Shown piece by piece: positions 1-9,408 of a stretch of DNA of 64,000 nucleotides. A model generated the notes under the pieces. The model worked only from the letters and a program-made list of their open reading frames with translations, was not told the DNA's origin and made no database searches. A program made the position numbers and the translations under genes. The DNA lies in NCBI RefSeq assembly GCF_947623445.1, contig NC_135248.1:2662977-2726976 (forward strand). Direction: 5' to 3'. Numbering within the stretch: the stretch's first letter is position 1; each line of letters begins with the position of its first letter. This stretch comes from Clavelina lepadiformis. Its lineage: Eukaryota.

Positions 1-214
1 AGTTGTTGTTTGTTTTATTATCGGGTTGGGCGATTGCTCCATAGCATAGTGCAGCTTCTAAAGACTATACCTGTTCAATAATAACAATAAGTCATGTGTA
101 TAATGATGGCAGTGATAAGTAAATCTCTCAGGTTACAATATTACACGCATTCCATAAGCATGTCGTATACTAGTGAGTGGTAACTTAGTGCTAATAATTA
201 CGTAATGATCTTAC

Positions 215-350
215 AGTAATGACGAAGCTGGAATATCTCAACCTAAACAGCACTGAGTTAAATTCGGAGACTTTCCTCCACCTTAAGAAGAAGCTGCCCA
301 ATCTTCTTGAAGTTGACATCAACTACACAGACGCCCTCGCAGAACTCTAA
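215..350 (+). CDS. Possible terminal coding exon of an upstream gene. Tail reads ...LEYLNLNSTELNSETFLHLKKKLPNLLEVDINYTDALAEL, stop TAA at 348-350.
   Basis: Acceptor-like ttcttacag at ~214. Open frame ending at a stop. Leu-rich-repeat-like periodicity. No homolog recognised. Confidence 0.25.
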
Positions 351-359
351 TGCTGATGG

Positions 360-450
360 CCAACCCGTCGCTATGAGGTCACTACTGCTTTGACGTCACT
401 ACTTTCTGCGTGCCCCGTGTTGACGTTTTTCTTGACGTGACGTCGAGGTT
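360..450. promoter_or_regulatory. Cluster of TGACG / TGACGTCA (CRE/ATF-like) motifs.
   Basis: Motifs ttgacgtcact, ttgacgttttt and ttgacgtgacgtcga lie within ~90 bp, seen directly in the sequence. Function is inferred only. Confidence 0.2.
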
Positions 451-2109
451 GCAGACCGATTAGACCAGTCAGCGCGCGAGGCATAAAAGAGTTGGATTTC
501 TTGCGTTTTTTGTGACATGGTTTCAGCGATTTTTAAATTAACGATTTAAGTGTTTCCTTCGTCGCATTCCCCGTGTCGTATTTTCGTATTTTCTGCCAAA
601 TGTCAATAAATTCTTGCCCAAAGCAGTGTTGTCACCCATCACACACCTGCATGACTCGAACTGTTATCATGATGCTGTCTTTGCAAAGGCGGCCGTTTGA
701 GATGAATGCCTTTTGCGAATCTCGTACCAAATTTAATAGCAACGTATTTAGGAACCTTATAGCAGAATTTTTATTGTTCGTCTTTAAAACACGGGCCGGG
801 TTTTGACTGCGTTTTTGTCTTTGATTAAGCACCGGCATTTTTCTTTTATTTGAAACTGTAAATTGACCCCTTTTGAATTTTTAAACGTCATTTCGCTTCT
901 TAATTATTTGTGAGTGTTGAATTGCTTTTATCTGTCCTTTCGTTGCTCGCGTTTTTATCAATTACAACCCTTGCAGCCGACGAGATATTCAACCGAAAGC
1001 GAAATTTGCACCGCACCTTAGCTCGAAACATTCTCCCGCGCAGTTATTTATTAATGTTATGATGTGTCGATGTATTCCGGTTTGCTGTTGTCTACGTTTT
1101 TCGATTCAAGTTTGTCTAAAGTTGTTCTTTTCTGGTTTGTCGTCAACCGCGCTTTTCGATGCTGGTGAAATTTTTAAAGCAGTGTTGTGATTAGCAATAC
1201 GTGTGTAAATAAGCAGTATACAATTCCAGTGTTTATTACACAGATGCTTGCGGATTTTTCAAAAATTATTTAATTTTTTTACCAAATAAAGCGATCATGT
1301 TTCACAAACAATGAAATAACTCGTCATTACTTGTTCCGTTAAAATTACGCAATTTTTTGTATTTGTTTCTCGATTTCGCTCGGCTTAACAATCACTCAGT
1401 TAATTTTGAATTACCAAGTACATATTCCAACCACCCTACTACGATTCGATTTGGCATATCCAGTCTACTACGTAGTTAACTGGTTGTAAATTTGTAAAAG
1501 GTACTCGCTCGTTTGGCTTTTTACAACCTATTTTGCATTGATTGGAATCCGTTGTCGATTTGGTCAGACGCGACAGCATTGAGTAATTACGTGCATTTTA
1601 TTGGTTGCCATGTTTTTCTCGTTTGTCATTTTAATTTCTCAATCATAACATAATTTGATCTAAGCAAAGCCTCGGATGATTCGACCCGTAAACTTTTTTA
1701 TAAAAACAAGCCACTTATTGCTGCTACGTATCCTCTGTCTATGCTTTAAATCCGGCGACATTTCATCAATACTAAAATAATCTTTCATCGAACCCAGCTG
1801 CACTACTTAAAAAGCAAAGGAACAAAAGTTATGTCACAGTGTACCGTTAAACCCTGCCTTGCATTTCAATTTTAATTGTCAACGTTTTCCTACCGGACAA
1901 CAGAATCATCCGTTTGTCATTTACTTTTGTTGTCATCGTTCGTTAACTTTTGATTCTTTGACATTCGCTAAGAACGAAAAAAATTCTGTAAAAATTTTGA
2001 ATGTCATTCGTGATTTTTCATTTCAGAGTGCATTTGCTGCTTTTCGTAAAAACTGACCGTTTAACGAAGAAAAATTTACAAAGATCGTATTTTGGATTAA
2101 TTGTCGTTA

Positions 2110-2420
2110 CTTCCTGTGGAGCTTTTCAAAGGTTTTCAAACTTTGCGCAAATAAAATCGGAAATTTGAGTTCGGATGATCACGATTGCTGTTAGTCAGCT
2201 AGCCGGAGGCATAAGAAGTGATTTGATGGCTATCCCATCCTCTCAGATTACTTCGGCAACATATCTTTCATCTAAAACGGGGTTTTCAAGCTGAGAAGTG
2301 GGTGAATAAGCCAAAAGTCCTCACAGCGAAGTTACGAGTGGGACAGAAATAGCGGAAAACATCGTCAAATCACGGATATCAAGCACGACAATCGAGCCTT
2401 TAAACATAGAGCCGCAGGCT
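2110..2420. repeat. Upstream module A, first of three related copies. Contains gagcttttcaaaggttttcaaactttg ... aatagcggaaaacatcgtcaaatcacgg ... agccgcag.
   Basis: Similar blocks recur at ~8215-8450 and ~8890-9100. All three lie 5' of the duplicated WxxW genes. Confidence 0.5.
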
Positions 2421-2761
2421 ACGACATTCAGACGAATGTGATATCTATACCCAGCATTAGATATAAATGAGTGTTGTAAATTATGACGCACCTTGGTACA
2501 AGGACACACAGCACTGTGCCTGGCGTCTGATGGTGTAAAAATCTTACGGTAGTTATTAGAAAACAAAATGATTCGATAGTGCAAGATGTAGGTAAGCTGG
2601 GCACAGAAATACGTATAATAGACTTGGCAGGATAGTTTAACTTTAGTAAGTTCATTAATCAATTACAGGTACACCAAAAACTCGATTTGTATAACGATTT
2701 TAAACTGATTTTTAAAGCGTAAGTTATTTGTTGGGAGTTACCGCCAGGCGGCTGCATCGAA

Positions 2762-2816
2762 ATGAAATTAATAGCAACGTTAGTCGTGACTACGATTCTC
2801 ATGCACGTGTCAGAAG
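2762..2816 (+). CDS. Copy 1 exon 1. Encodes signal peptide MKLIATLVVTTILMHVSE(G).
   Basis: ATG followed by a hydrophobic core. Donor G|GTGAGC, phase 1. Confidence 0.7.
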
Positions 2817-5800
2817 GTGAGCTCGCAAAATGTTCATATGAGCATCATTACTTACTCCAATAGCCTACTTGCAATTTGTAAATCTTACCGATTCTTCGCT
2901 TCATAAAGGTCCTGTTCTAATTAAAGAACGATAACATCAGCAAATGCAGTGTTGTTTGACATCAAGTTACAAACATTACTGATCAACCAAAACTAGTGTT
3001 CGTTTGACCACAAGACCTTTTGCAAACGTAATGTCTTGAAAACTGTGTATAATGTATCTGTATTTCTTACAGCTTGTCATGCGTATGAACATGGTGCTAG
3101 AAAAAGAAGACAGACAGAGGCTGAAGAAAGCAGCAGCAGTTACGAGTTAGGATACGATGCCGACGCATTGATCACATTTTTCACGTCGTGCATGTCTTCT
3201 ACAAGTGCTATTGCTATGGATTGGTACAGCGTCACAGACTGGGCAATCGTGGATTCTAACTGGTTTTATTATTCTGATAACGCTGACTGCTTTGGGTAAT
3301 TGCAACACGTCCGCAACGCTTAGCTTGCGGCTAGGTGATATAGCTAATAAGCTTACACAAATTAATTCGTCCTTTTGCTTTATGTTTGTAGTAATGGTGT
3401 AATTACTTGCACAATGACACTGTAGCATTGTACGCCAAGGTGCGTTTTTCTTTATTTTTTTACACTTCTTTCATTTCACGCGTTTCTTTTCACAGAGAAG
3501 AAGAAAGCAATGAAACACTTTGCTGGTTATCAAGGGTAGATGATTTTCTGGTTGAACAAATGGGCGATTACCTAAAAGATTGCATTAATCAGTTCGCCTT
3601 GGATTCCAACGATACTTCGTATGATGTGCAAACAAGCGGTAAATGTAAAGTCATGCATGTAGGTTTTCGTATAACTTATTCATCGAACGCACATCAAATT
3701 AAATGAATACGGATTGAAAAAACTTGTCTTTGAAAAATCAGATGATATTAACTGTTTCAATCGCAATCTCTTCTATAGAGACGTCGGAAAGAAAGAAACG
3801 ACAGCTACCTCCACCTCAACCGGCAACACTTCCGGGAACTTTCCCTCCACTTCCTGGTCGTCTACCCCCGCCTCCCGGAGCACCTCCTCCTGTTGGTGGT
3901 GGTCGTGATTCCCGATGTCCGGAGTTTGCAAGACGTGATTACAGCAATCAGCTTCTCCGCGACGTCCCTTTGGGATTTCGGAAACCACCACCACCCCTTC
4001 GACGACCACCTCTTCCACGAAGAGCAAGAAGAGAAGCGGAGGAGGAAGGTTTTAACATCACATCTGTGGTTGATTTCGTGGACAGCTACACAGTCTGCAG
4101 GTACAGCAGTGTAAAGCAACATCTTTTTCTCTTACTTTTGACGTAAGACAGCAAGTTAATCTATTACATAAATAAACCACTTGTGAGGCTTAAAATTTAA
4201 ACGCGAATGATTTTCATAACATACGCTAGACCAGTGCTCTTCAACCTTTTTGTCAACGCGGAACCTCTCATGTACTTTCGCGTTTGTCACGGAACCCCAC
4301 TAACAAAAGTTTAGAAGTTACAAATTGCTTGGTCAGAAAATAAAATATTTCGTTATTACACAAGTCTGTACTCTCTACTCAGTCTGCTTGTACTTTTGTG
4401 ATCTGTACATCGGCAACATCCTATGAGTGTGATGCAACAATAACGTTCTTGTTAACAGCAAGTGGCGTAACAAATATATCAATGTTTTATTGGGTTGTTG
4501 ACTGCACTCAACTTCTTGTTTAACAAACTGGCCTACTTGGAGTATGAATGCGGTACAGTAATCTGAAAAAAATCGGAATGACGCATCAAAATGCTGAAGC
4601 AAGAAATCAATTTCCCTAAATAAACGAGGAACCCTCGCGGAACCCTGAAAACTCACGGAACCCCACTACATGGTTCTCGGAACCCTTAGGTTCCGCGGAA
4701 CCCCTGTTGAAGAGCACTGCGCTAGACCAAATTTAGACGTTCAGGTTTCACACAACTGTTATCCCGTCTTAACTTACTATTTAAATTGAAACAAAAAAAT
4801 ACAACAACTTGCTGTTAACAGTGAATGTGAGCGATACACCGGGGAAGAACCGACTGGATGTTATGCGATCAGGTTTGACCAGCTCACCAGGTTCGGGTCA
4901 AACTTAAAAGGACCAATCCAGCGAGCAAACGCAAGATACGCTGGGGGTGAGTATCACTAAGAATAACAGATGAACATTTTCAGTTGCACCAGTTCCTTTA
5001 TGGACTATGTGATTTAAATATGATTAAAACAGGAAGTGACGTTGTGGGAAAATGCCAAGGGAGCGTCCACTGGACCGAGTGGTTCAACACGGACAACCCA
5101 AATGAAGGTCTCGGTGATGTCGAGTCTCTTTCCACGATCCAGACCCGTTACAGGAACAACATCTGCGTCACGCCTTCCGGGATTCAAGCAAGGTTGGCTC
5201 AAAGCAACCAGTCGTATGGTCGTGGGAACAATTTGCTGGATTTATCACCAACCACAGGGCTAAGTTGTTTGAACAGAGATCAAAGCAACAGTATTTGCCA
5301 AGACTACAGAGTCAGATTTTGTTGTCCAGGTAAACGGCATGTTGCCGATATAAATGTGCTGTGCTGTTCGCTAATACAACGTAAATTTTATAGATCGTAT
5401 GTAACGAAACTATGTCGTAGAACACTTTGTTGCAAATAGTCAAACCTATTCGCAGTTACCTTGTTCCATGCATAAAAACTTTGTTATTGAAGAAATGCGT
5501 TTACTGACTATGCCATTTCTTCTTTAGATTACGTTGGAGAGTGTCCACTACGTCATGGTTGGTCCAAGTACTTTGACGAGTCCGATCCCATACGTCGTTT
5601 TGGAGAGTTCGAAGTCTTATCTGAAATAAGGAGAAAGAATCCAGGATCTGTATGTACCTCGCCAACGGCTGTTGGTGCAAAGTTGCTTTCTGGCCAACCG
5701 TACTTAGCTGGAGGCGAGAGTCTTCAGTTGGATCCTTCTTCTGGACTTGTGTGTTTCAGTGCATTTCAGAGCGACAGAAGATGCAACGACTACAAAGTTA

Positions 5801-6554
5801 GATTTTGTTGTCCAGGTACATACGTTTTTGCTCTGTTCGCAGTTGTTACGTCACTGCAATGCATAACTTAATTGATATCTTTACTTTCTCATTCATTTTT
5901 AAGAATTCTTTATTTCTAGTTGCTATGTTTTTTGTTGCATATAGTTACATTCTCATATGCACAGATACCATTGGAAAATGTGAACATGGTCACAAATGGA
6001 CCAGATGGCAAGATACGATGTGGAGATACGGAGATGATGAAACATTTAAGAAGTTAGTTAGTGAGCGGGGCCTAGGATGCGAGTCGACTCCCAGCGCAAT
6101 CCAAGCTCAAGTTTCCGGAACTCGAAAACCTTACATTAGTGGAGGTGACACGTTATACATCTCTCCGAGTCTGGGTCTCTTCTGTTTAAATGGACAACAA
6201 TCTGATGATAAAAAGTGCAAAAACTATCGGGTTCGGTTTTGTTGCCAGCTGCCACCCAAACGCCTCCATCCGCCAACTAACCGTCCACCAACAACAACCG
6301 GAGGACGTGAAGAGAACCAAACAGGTCAGCGTCCCACGGATAATAATGGGGGTAACAACCAGATGCAACCGAATACTGGCCGCCAACCATCGAGGCCAAC
6401 CGGTGGCAATGCGGGAAATATCGGAGGTGGCAATAGGAGACAACCGAATAACGGTCGTCAACCTCCCAGGTTAATCGGTGGCAACACCAACAGGCCCAAC
6501 CCGTTTGGTGGCGGGCGAGGGCCCTCAATCGGACCGGGGCCTGGTAGAGGTTGA
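2762..6554 (+). CDS. Gene span of WxxW-domain secreted precursor, copy 1, in 8 coding exons. Architecture: signal peptide, propeptide with RKRR / RKKR / RRARR dibasic sites, Pro-rich linker, 3 x WxxW-type 6-Cys domains, Gly/Arg/Asn/Pro-rich tail.
   Basis: Exons at 2762-2816, 3073-3295, 3496-3668, 3779-4100, 4822-4946, 5032-5329, 5528-5815 and 5965-6554. Splice sites are GT..AG and the phases are consistent. The whole gene is duplicated at 9409-12785. Confidence 0.75.
3073..3295 (+). CDS. Copy 1 exon 2. Propeptide reads ACHAYEHGARKRRQTEAEESSSSYELGYDADALITFFTSC...DWYSVTDWAIVDSNWFYYSDNADCFG.
   Basis: Acceptor tatttcttacag, donor GG|GTAATT. Contains an RKRR furin-type site. Conserved in copy 2. 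Confidence 0.7.
3496..3668 (+). CDS. Copy 1 exon 3. Reads EEESNETLCWLSRVDDFLVEQMGDYLKDCINQFALDSNDTSYDVQTSGKCKVMHVGF.
   Basis: Acceptor ttttcacag. A phase-1 donor C|GTATAAC is shared by both copies. It is required to enter exon 4 in the frame that shows synonymous substitutions between the copies. Confidence 0.55.
3779..4100 (+). CDS. Copy 1 exon 4. Pro-rich linker reads (Q)TSERKKRQLPPPQPATLPGTFPPLPGRLPPPPGAPPPVGGGRDSRCPEFARRDYSNQLLRDVPLGFRKPPPPLRRPPLPRRARREAEEEGFNITSVVDFVDSYTVC.
   Basis: All three forward frames are open here. This frame is chosen for two reasons: the copy 1 versus copy 2 differences CTC/CTT, TTG/TTA and CGG/CGA are all synonymous in it, and only it connects in phase to exons 5 and 6. 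The antisense ORFs at 3773-4027 and 3862-4122 are artefacts. Confidence 0.65.
4232..4719. mobile_element. hAT-like MITE (488 bp) inserted in intron 4 of copy 1. Absent from copy 2.
   Basis: 14-15 bp terminal inverted repeats: CAGTGCTCTTCAAC(C) on the left, GTTGAAGAGCACTG on the right. Perfect 8-bp target-site duplication CGCTAGAC at 4224-4231 and 4720-4727. Internal (C)GGAACC repeats. No coding capacity. Confidence 0.7.
4822..4946 (+). CDS. Copy 1 exon 5. Reads SECERYTGEEPTGCYAIRFDQLTRFGSNLKGPIQRANARYAGG.
   Basis: Acceptor ttaacag, donor G|GTGAGT. Nearly identical to copy 2 at 10978-11092. Confidence 0.6.
5032..5329 (+). CDS. Copy 1 exon 6, WxxW-type domain 1. Reads GSDVVGKCQGSVHWTEWFNTDNPNEGLGDVESLSTIQTRYRNNICVTPSGIQARLAQSNQSYGRGNNLLDLSPTTGLSCLNRDQSNSICQDYRVRFCCP.
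   Basis: W-x-x-W followed by GD/E, and a 6-Cys spacing ending ...C-x-D/N-Y-[KR]-V-R-F-C-C. This resembles the Mucin2_WxxW family, recognised from memory. Acceptor taaaacag, donor CCAG|GTAAAC. Confidence 0.7.
5528..5815 (+). CDS. Copy 1 exon 7, WxxW-type domain 2. Reads DYVGECPLRHGWSKYFDESDPIRRFGEFEVLSEIRRKNPGSVCTSPTAVGAKLLSGQPYLAGGESLQLDPSSGLVCFSAFQSDRRCNDYKVRFCCP.
   Basis: Acceptor ttctttag, donor CCAG|GTACAT. Same Cys framework as domain 1. Confidence 0.7.
5965..6554 (+). CDS. Copy 1 exon 8, WxxW-type domain 3 plus low-complexity tail. Reads DTIGKCEHGHKWTRWQDTMWRYGDDE...CKNYRVRFCCQLPPKRLHPPTNRPPTTTGGREENQTGQRPTDNNGGNNQMQPNTGRQPSRPTGGNAGNIGGGNRRQPNNGRQPPRLIGGNTNRPNPFGGGRGPSIGPGPGRG*.
   Basis: Acceptor tatgcacag, stop TGA at 6552-6554. 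ORF-track entry 5805-6554 begins inside the intron. Minus-strand ORFs over the tail are artefacts. Confidence 0.7.
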
Positions 6555-8214
6555 GTGAACAAAGCGGACATACTGTGAATAACCACAAATTTTGCTTGTG
6601 CCTGGTAAAGGGAAAGAAGCGGTACATGACTAGTCACCAAACTTTTGTTTGCATTTATATCTTGTTTTGTCAACCAAGATTAATTAGCTTGACAATGTAA
6701 TGTTTTGTATAAACTGTGGCTTTGAACTTTGCTCTATCATATCAACGACTGCATATGGGTATAATAGATCTATGTTTAGAAAAACATGTTTATGTTTATA
6801 TGCTGAGATATTAGATATTATTATTTGCTCAATGTAAACGAACCACCAGCGTCAACAAAAGTTATGAGTAGTTTTATGCGATGAGATCATATTTATTACA
6901 GTGTTTATAATTATTGTTGGTAAAATCAATGCAGTTTGAACGCCTTATATATTTGAAAAATATCTTTTTAATACATTCCATAGCTTTTATAAAGGTTTTC
7001 TTATAACATTTCTGTATAGAATTTGCTCTGTAAAGGTTAAATTTTTTGTTCATTTTTCACGTTAATGTTATTTTATTAAACTACGTAAACACGCCTCGTA
7101 GTTTACTCAAGTTTTTTTTGTTTTTTAACAAATTTTCCAAAGTTTTTTATTCTTGCTTAATGTTTTTGGAAACAAAACACATCAGTGTCGGTAACGTTTT
7201 CGTAGAACTGTTAAATTTTTTGTTGTCGATATTTGTTATTGTTGTTGATGATTTTCTTTGTTATAAATACTTGATAATCGTAATTATCTCACGTTGTTTG
7301 CGTCTATGACAGCATATTCAGTATCAGATAAGAATATATTTGCCAGCGTGACTATACTCAGCAAAAGCTTTTAAACGAAACACTGTGTCCAGAGTAGATT
7401 TGCGTTTTATTTACGGAAATAACAAAACAAAGTTTTAGGAAAATATATCTAACTTAAATACTTGGAATTGTGATTTAAGGCTTTCTTGTTTTATTGTCTA
7501 GTTTACTGTTAAAAGTTTCTGTTTTCAAAATTTAAACATCGCCTACGTGAAAACAACTTATGATAGGCCGATACAACTCGCAAAAGATTTTTCGGTTATT
7601 TTTATTCTATACGAAATTCCTTATATTTAAAACAAGTTACAAGCATAAATATAAATGCAGAAAGATTTTTAAAGCAAACTATTATTCAGCCTGATAACTT
7701 TCAACTCTTTTTGTTCATATTTCACAGATCAATGACTAAGGCTTACGCAGCATTTGTGAGCCATTGCGATAGCTGCATTGTTGACCAATAATTTACCTAT
7801 TGTGTTCTAATGTCTATGTTACAAAAATGGGTGTTTTATTAGTGTTTTATCCAGATTGTTTGTTAAACTATAAGTGGTCAGGTATTAAGCGTATGCATTA
7901 AAATTTCGTCCACGCCTCTAATCGTGGTGTAGCTCGCTAAGACTGTGAGTCTTTTCTAGATATTTTAGGACCAAATCTACTTCGGCGGATTGACGTAAAA
8001 AATGCATTTCAAAACATGTTTAAGACTTTAAAACATCTTCAAAAGGTTTGTCATGTACTTTCCTAAATACTATTTTATGCGAACTATACAGCTTCACTTG
8101 CTGACCTCATTTTATAATAGTTACCTAAATATGTTTTGGGAAAAGAATATTTACAAAAATCATGCCTTGCTTGATTTATCTGACGTCATCAACAACCGTT
8201 ACATAAATTCCGGT

Positions 8215-8450
8215 TGAGCTTTTCAAAGGTTTCCAGACTTTGAATAAAGTTGGAAATTTTGAAATTGGTTGATCGTGATGGTTTGTCTGCCATAAAAGCA
8301 AGTTTTCTAAGCTTGGTGCGTGATTAATAAGTAGAAGTCATCACAGTAAAGTACTGGACAAGATAATAGCGGAAGAATCGTCAAATCCCGACCAAATAGA
8401 TTACGATAGCAAGCCCATGAACTGCGCTCGCACAAGCCGCAGAATTGTCA
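8215..8450. repeat. Upstream module B. Related to 2110-2420. Carries the motif aatagcggaagaatcgtcaaatcccga and agccgcag.
   Basis: Visible sequence similarity to modules A and C. Confidence 0.45.
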
Positions 8451-8889
8451 CGCTGACGATTATGGATGTGAGAGTTTATAAAATATGATGCACATCAATT
8501 CTAATAAAGATACCTTCAAAGTTTTACTGCTCTCTGGGGGTGTGAAAATCTTTCGTTTAATTATTTCACAAAAAAATGGCAAGTAGCAAAATACAGCATA
8601 GAAATACGGAATATTTTGTACGATTGATGGTTGAATCTTAATCTATCAATTATATTTGCACTAATAATTCGTTTTGTATTGCCAGTTACAAAGCTCTAAT
8701 TATCGTCCATTAACTTCTATGGTAGCCATGACGCTCGCTTCAAAAGAAATTATTTCATCGGTCATGTATATACATGATTCTTGTATTTGCATGTCGTTGC
8801 AGAAGTCAATCGTTTGCTCATTTCATGGAATTACTTTTTTCTCAAGATCATATTCTGCATTGTGTAATATCTACAAGCGTTGCATTATT

Positions 8890-9100
8890 TCCGGTGAAGC
8901 TTTTTAAATTTTACGAAAATAAAATGGAAGGCTTTCGTTAACGGGCTTTCTGAGCTGAGAAAAAAGTTAAAAATGCCTTAGTCATCGCTGCGAAGGTAAA
9001 TACGAGACCACAATAGCGGAAACGTGGTCATATCACGGTAACTCATGAAAACAAACTTTTGGCACAGAGCCGCAGGTCATAATTCTCCCACAAATATACG
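8890..9100. repeat. Upstream module C. Related to 2280-2420. Carries the motif aatagcggaaacgtggtcatatcacgg and agccgcaggt.
   Basis: Visible sequence similarity. Lies ~300 bp 5' of the copy 2 start codon. Confidence 0.45.
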
Positions 9101-9408
9101 GCATCGTATGTTTGAATAAGTGTTTATACGAAATATGACGAACCTTAACAGGCTATATATCTAATGATTGCTTCCAGGTTTGTACCAATTTTCAAATGGT
9201 GCGAAAATCTTACGGTCATTTGTTAAAAGTCAGTTTGTTTTAAGCAACACTTTGGCGTAGACGTAGGCAAGGCACAAAGTTCGGGAATATATTTTCCTCA
9301 AAAGACTATTCGTTGTTTCGGCAATTCAGTTTTACGTATTTTGAAGACTGGGTATAGTAAAATAAGCAATAAAATATTGGGTATACTCTATTGGAACGGT
9401 GTATCAAT

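Noticed and set aside
3773-4122. Minus-strand ORFs 3773-4027 and 3862-4122 (and their copy 2 twins 10371-10673) reading MLFVEEVVVEGVVVV....
   Set aside because: These are antisense to the Pro-rich coding exon. They are open only because CCN-rich sense codons give GG-rich antisense codons without stops. They show no splice context and no conservation pattern of their own.
5805-5964. N-terminal part of ORF 5805-6554 (MLSRYIRFCSVRSCYVTAMHNLIDIF...).
   Set aside because: It lies upstream of the acceptor tatgcacag at 5964. It is intron read-through. The exon starts at 5965.
6186-6673. Minus-strand and alternative-frame ORFs over the Gly/Arg-rich tail (6186-6461, 6277-6627, 6458-6673, 6190-6474; 12480-12936 in copy 2).
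   Set aside because: They overlap a low-complexity coding region of the plus-strand gene. The plus-strand frame is fixed by splicing from the WxxW domain.
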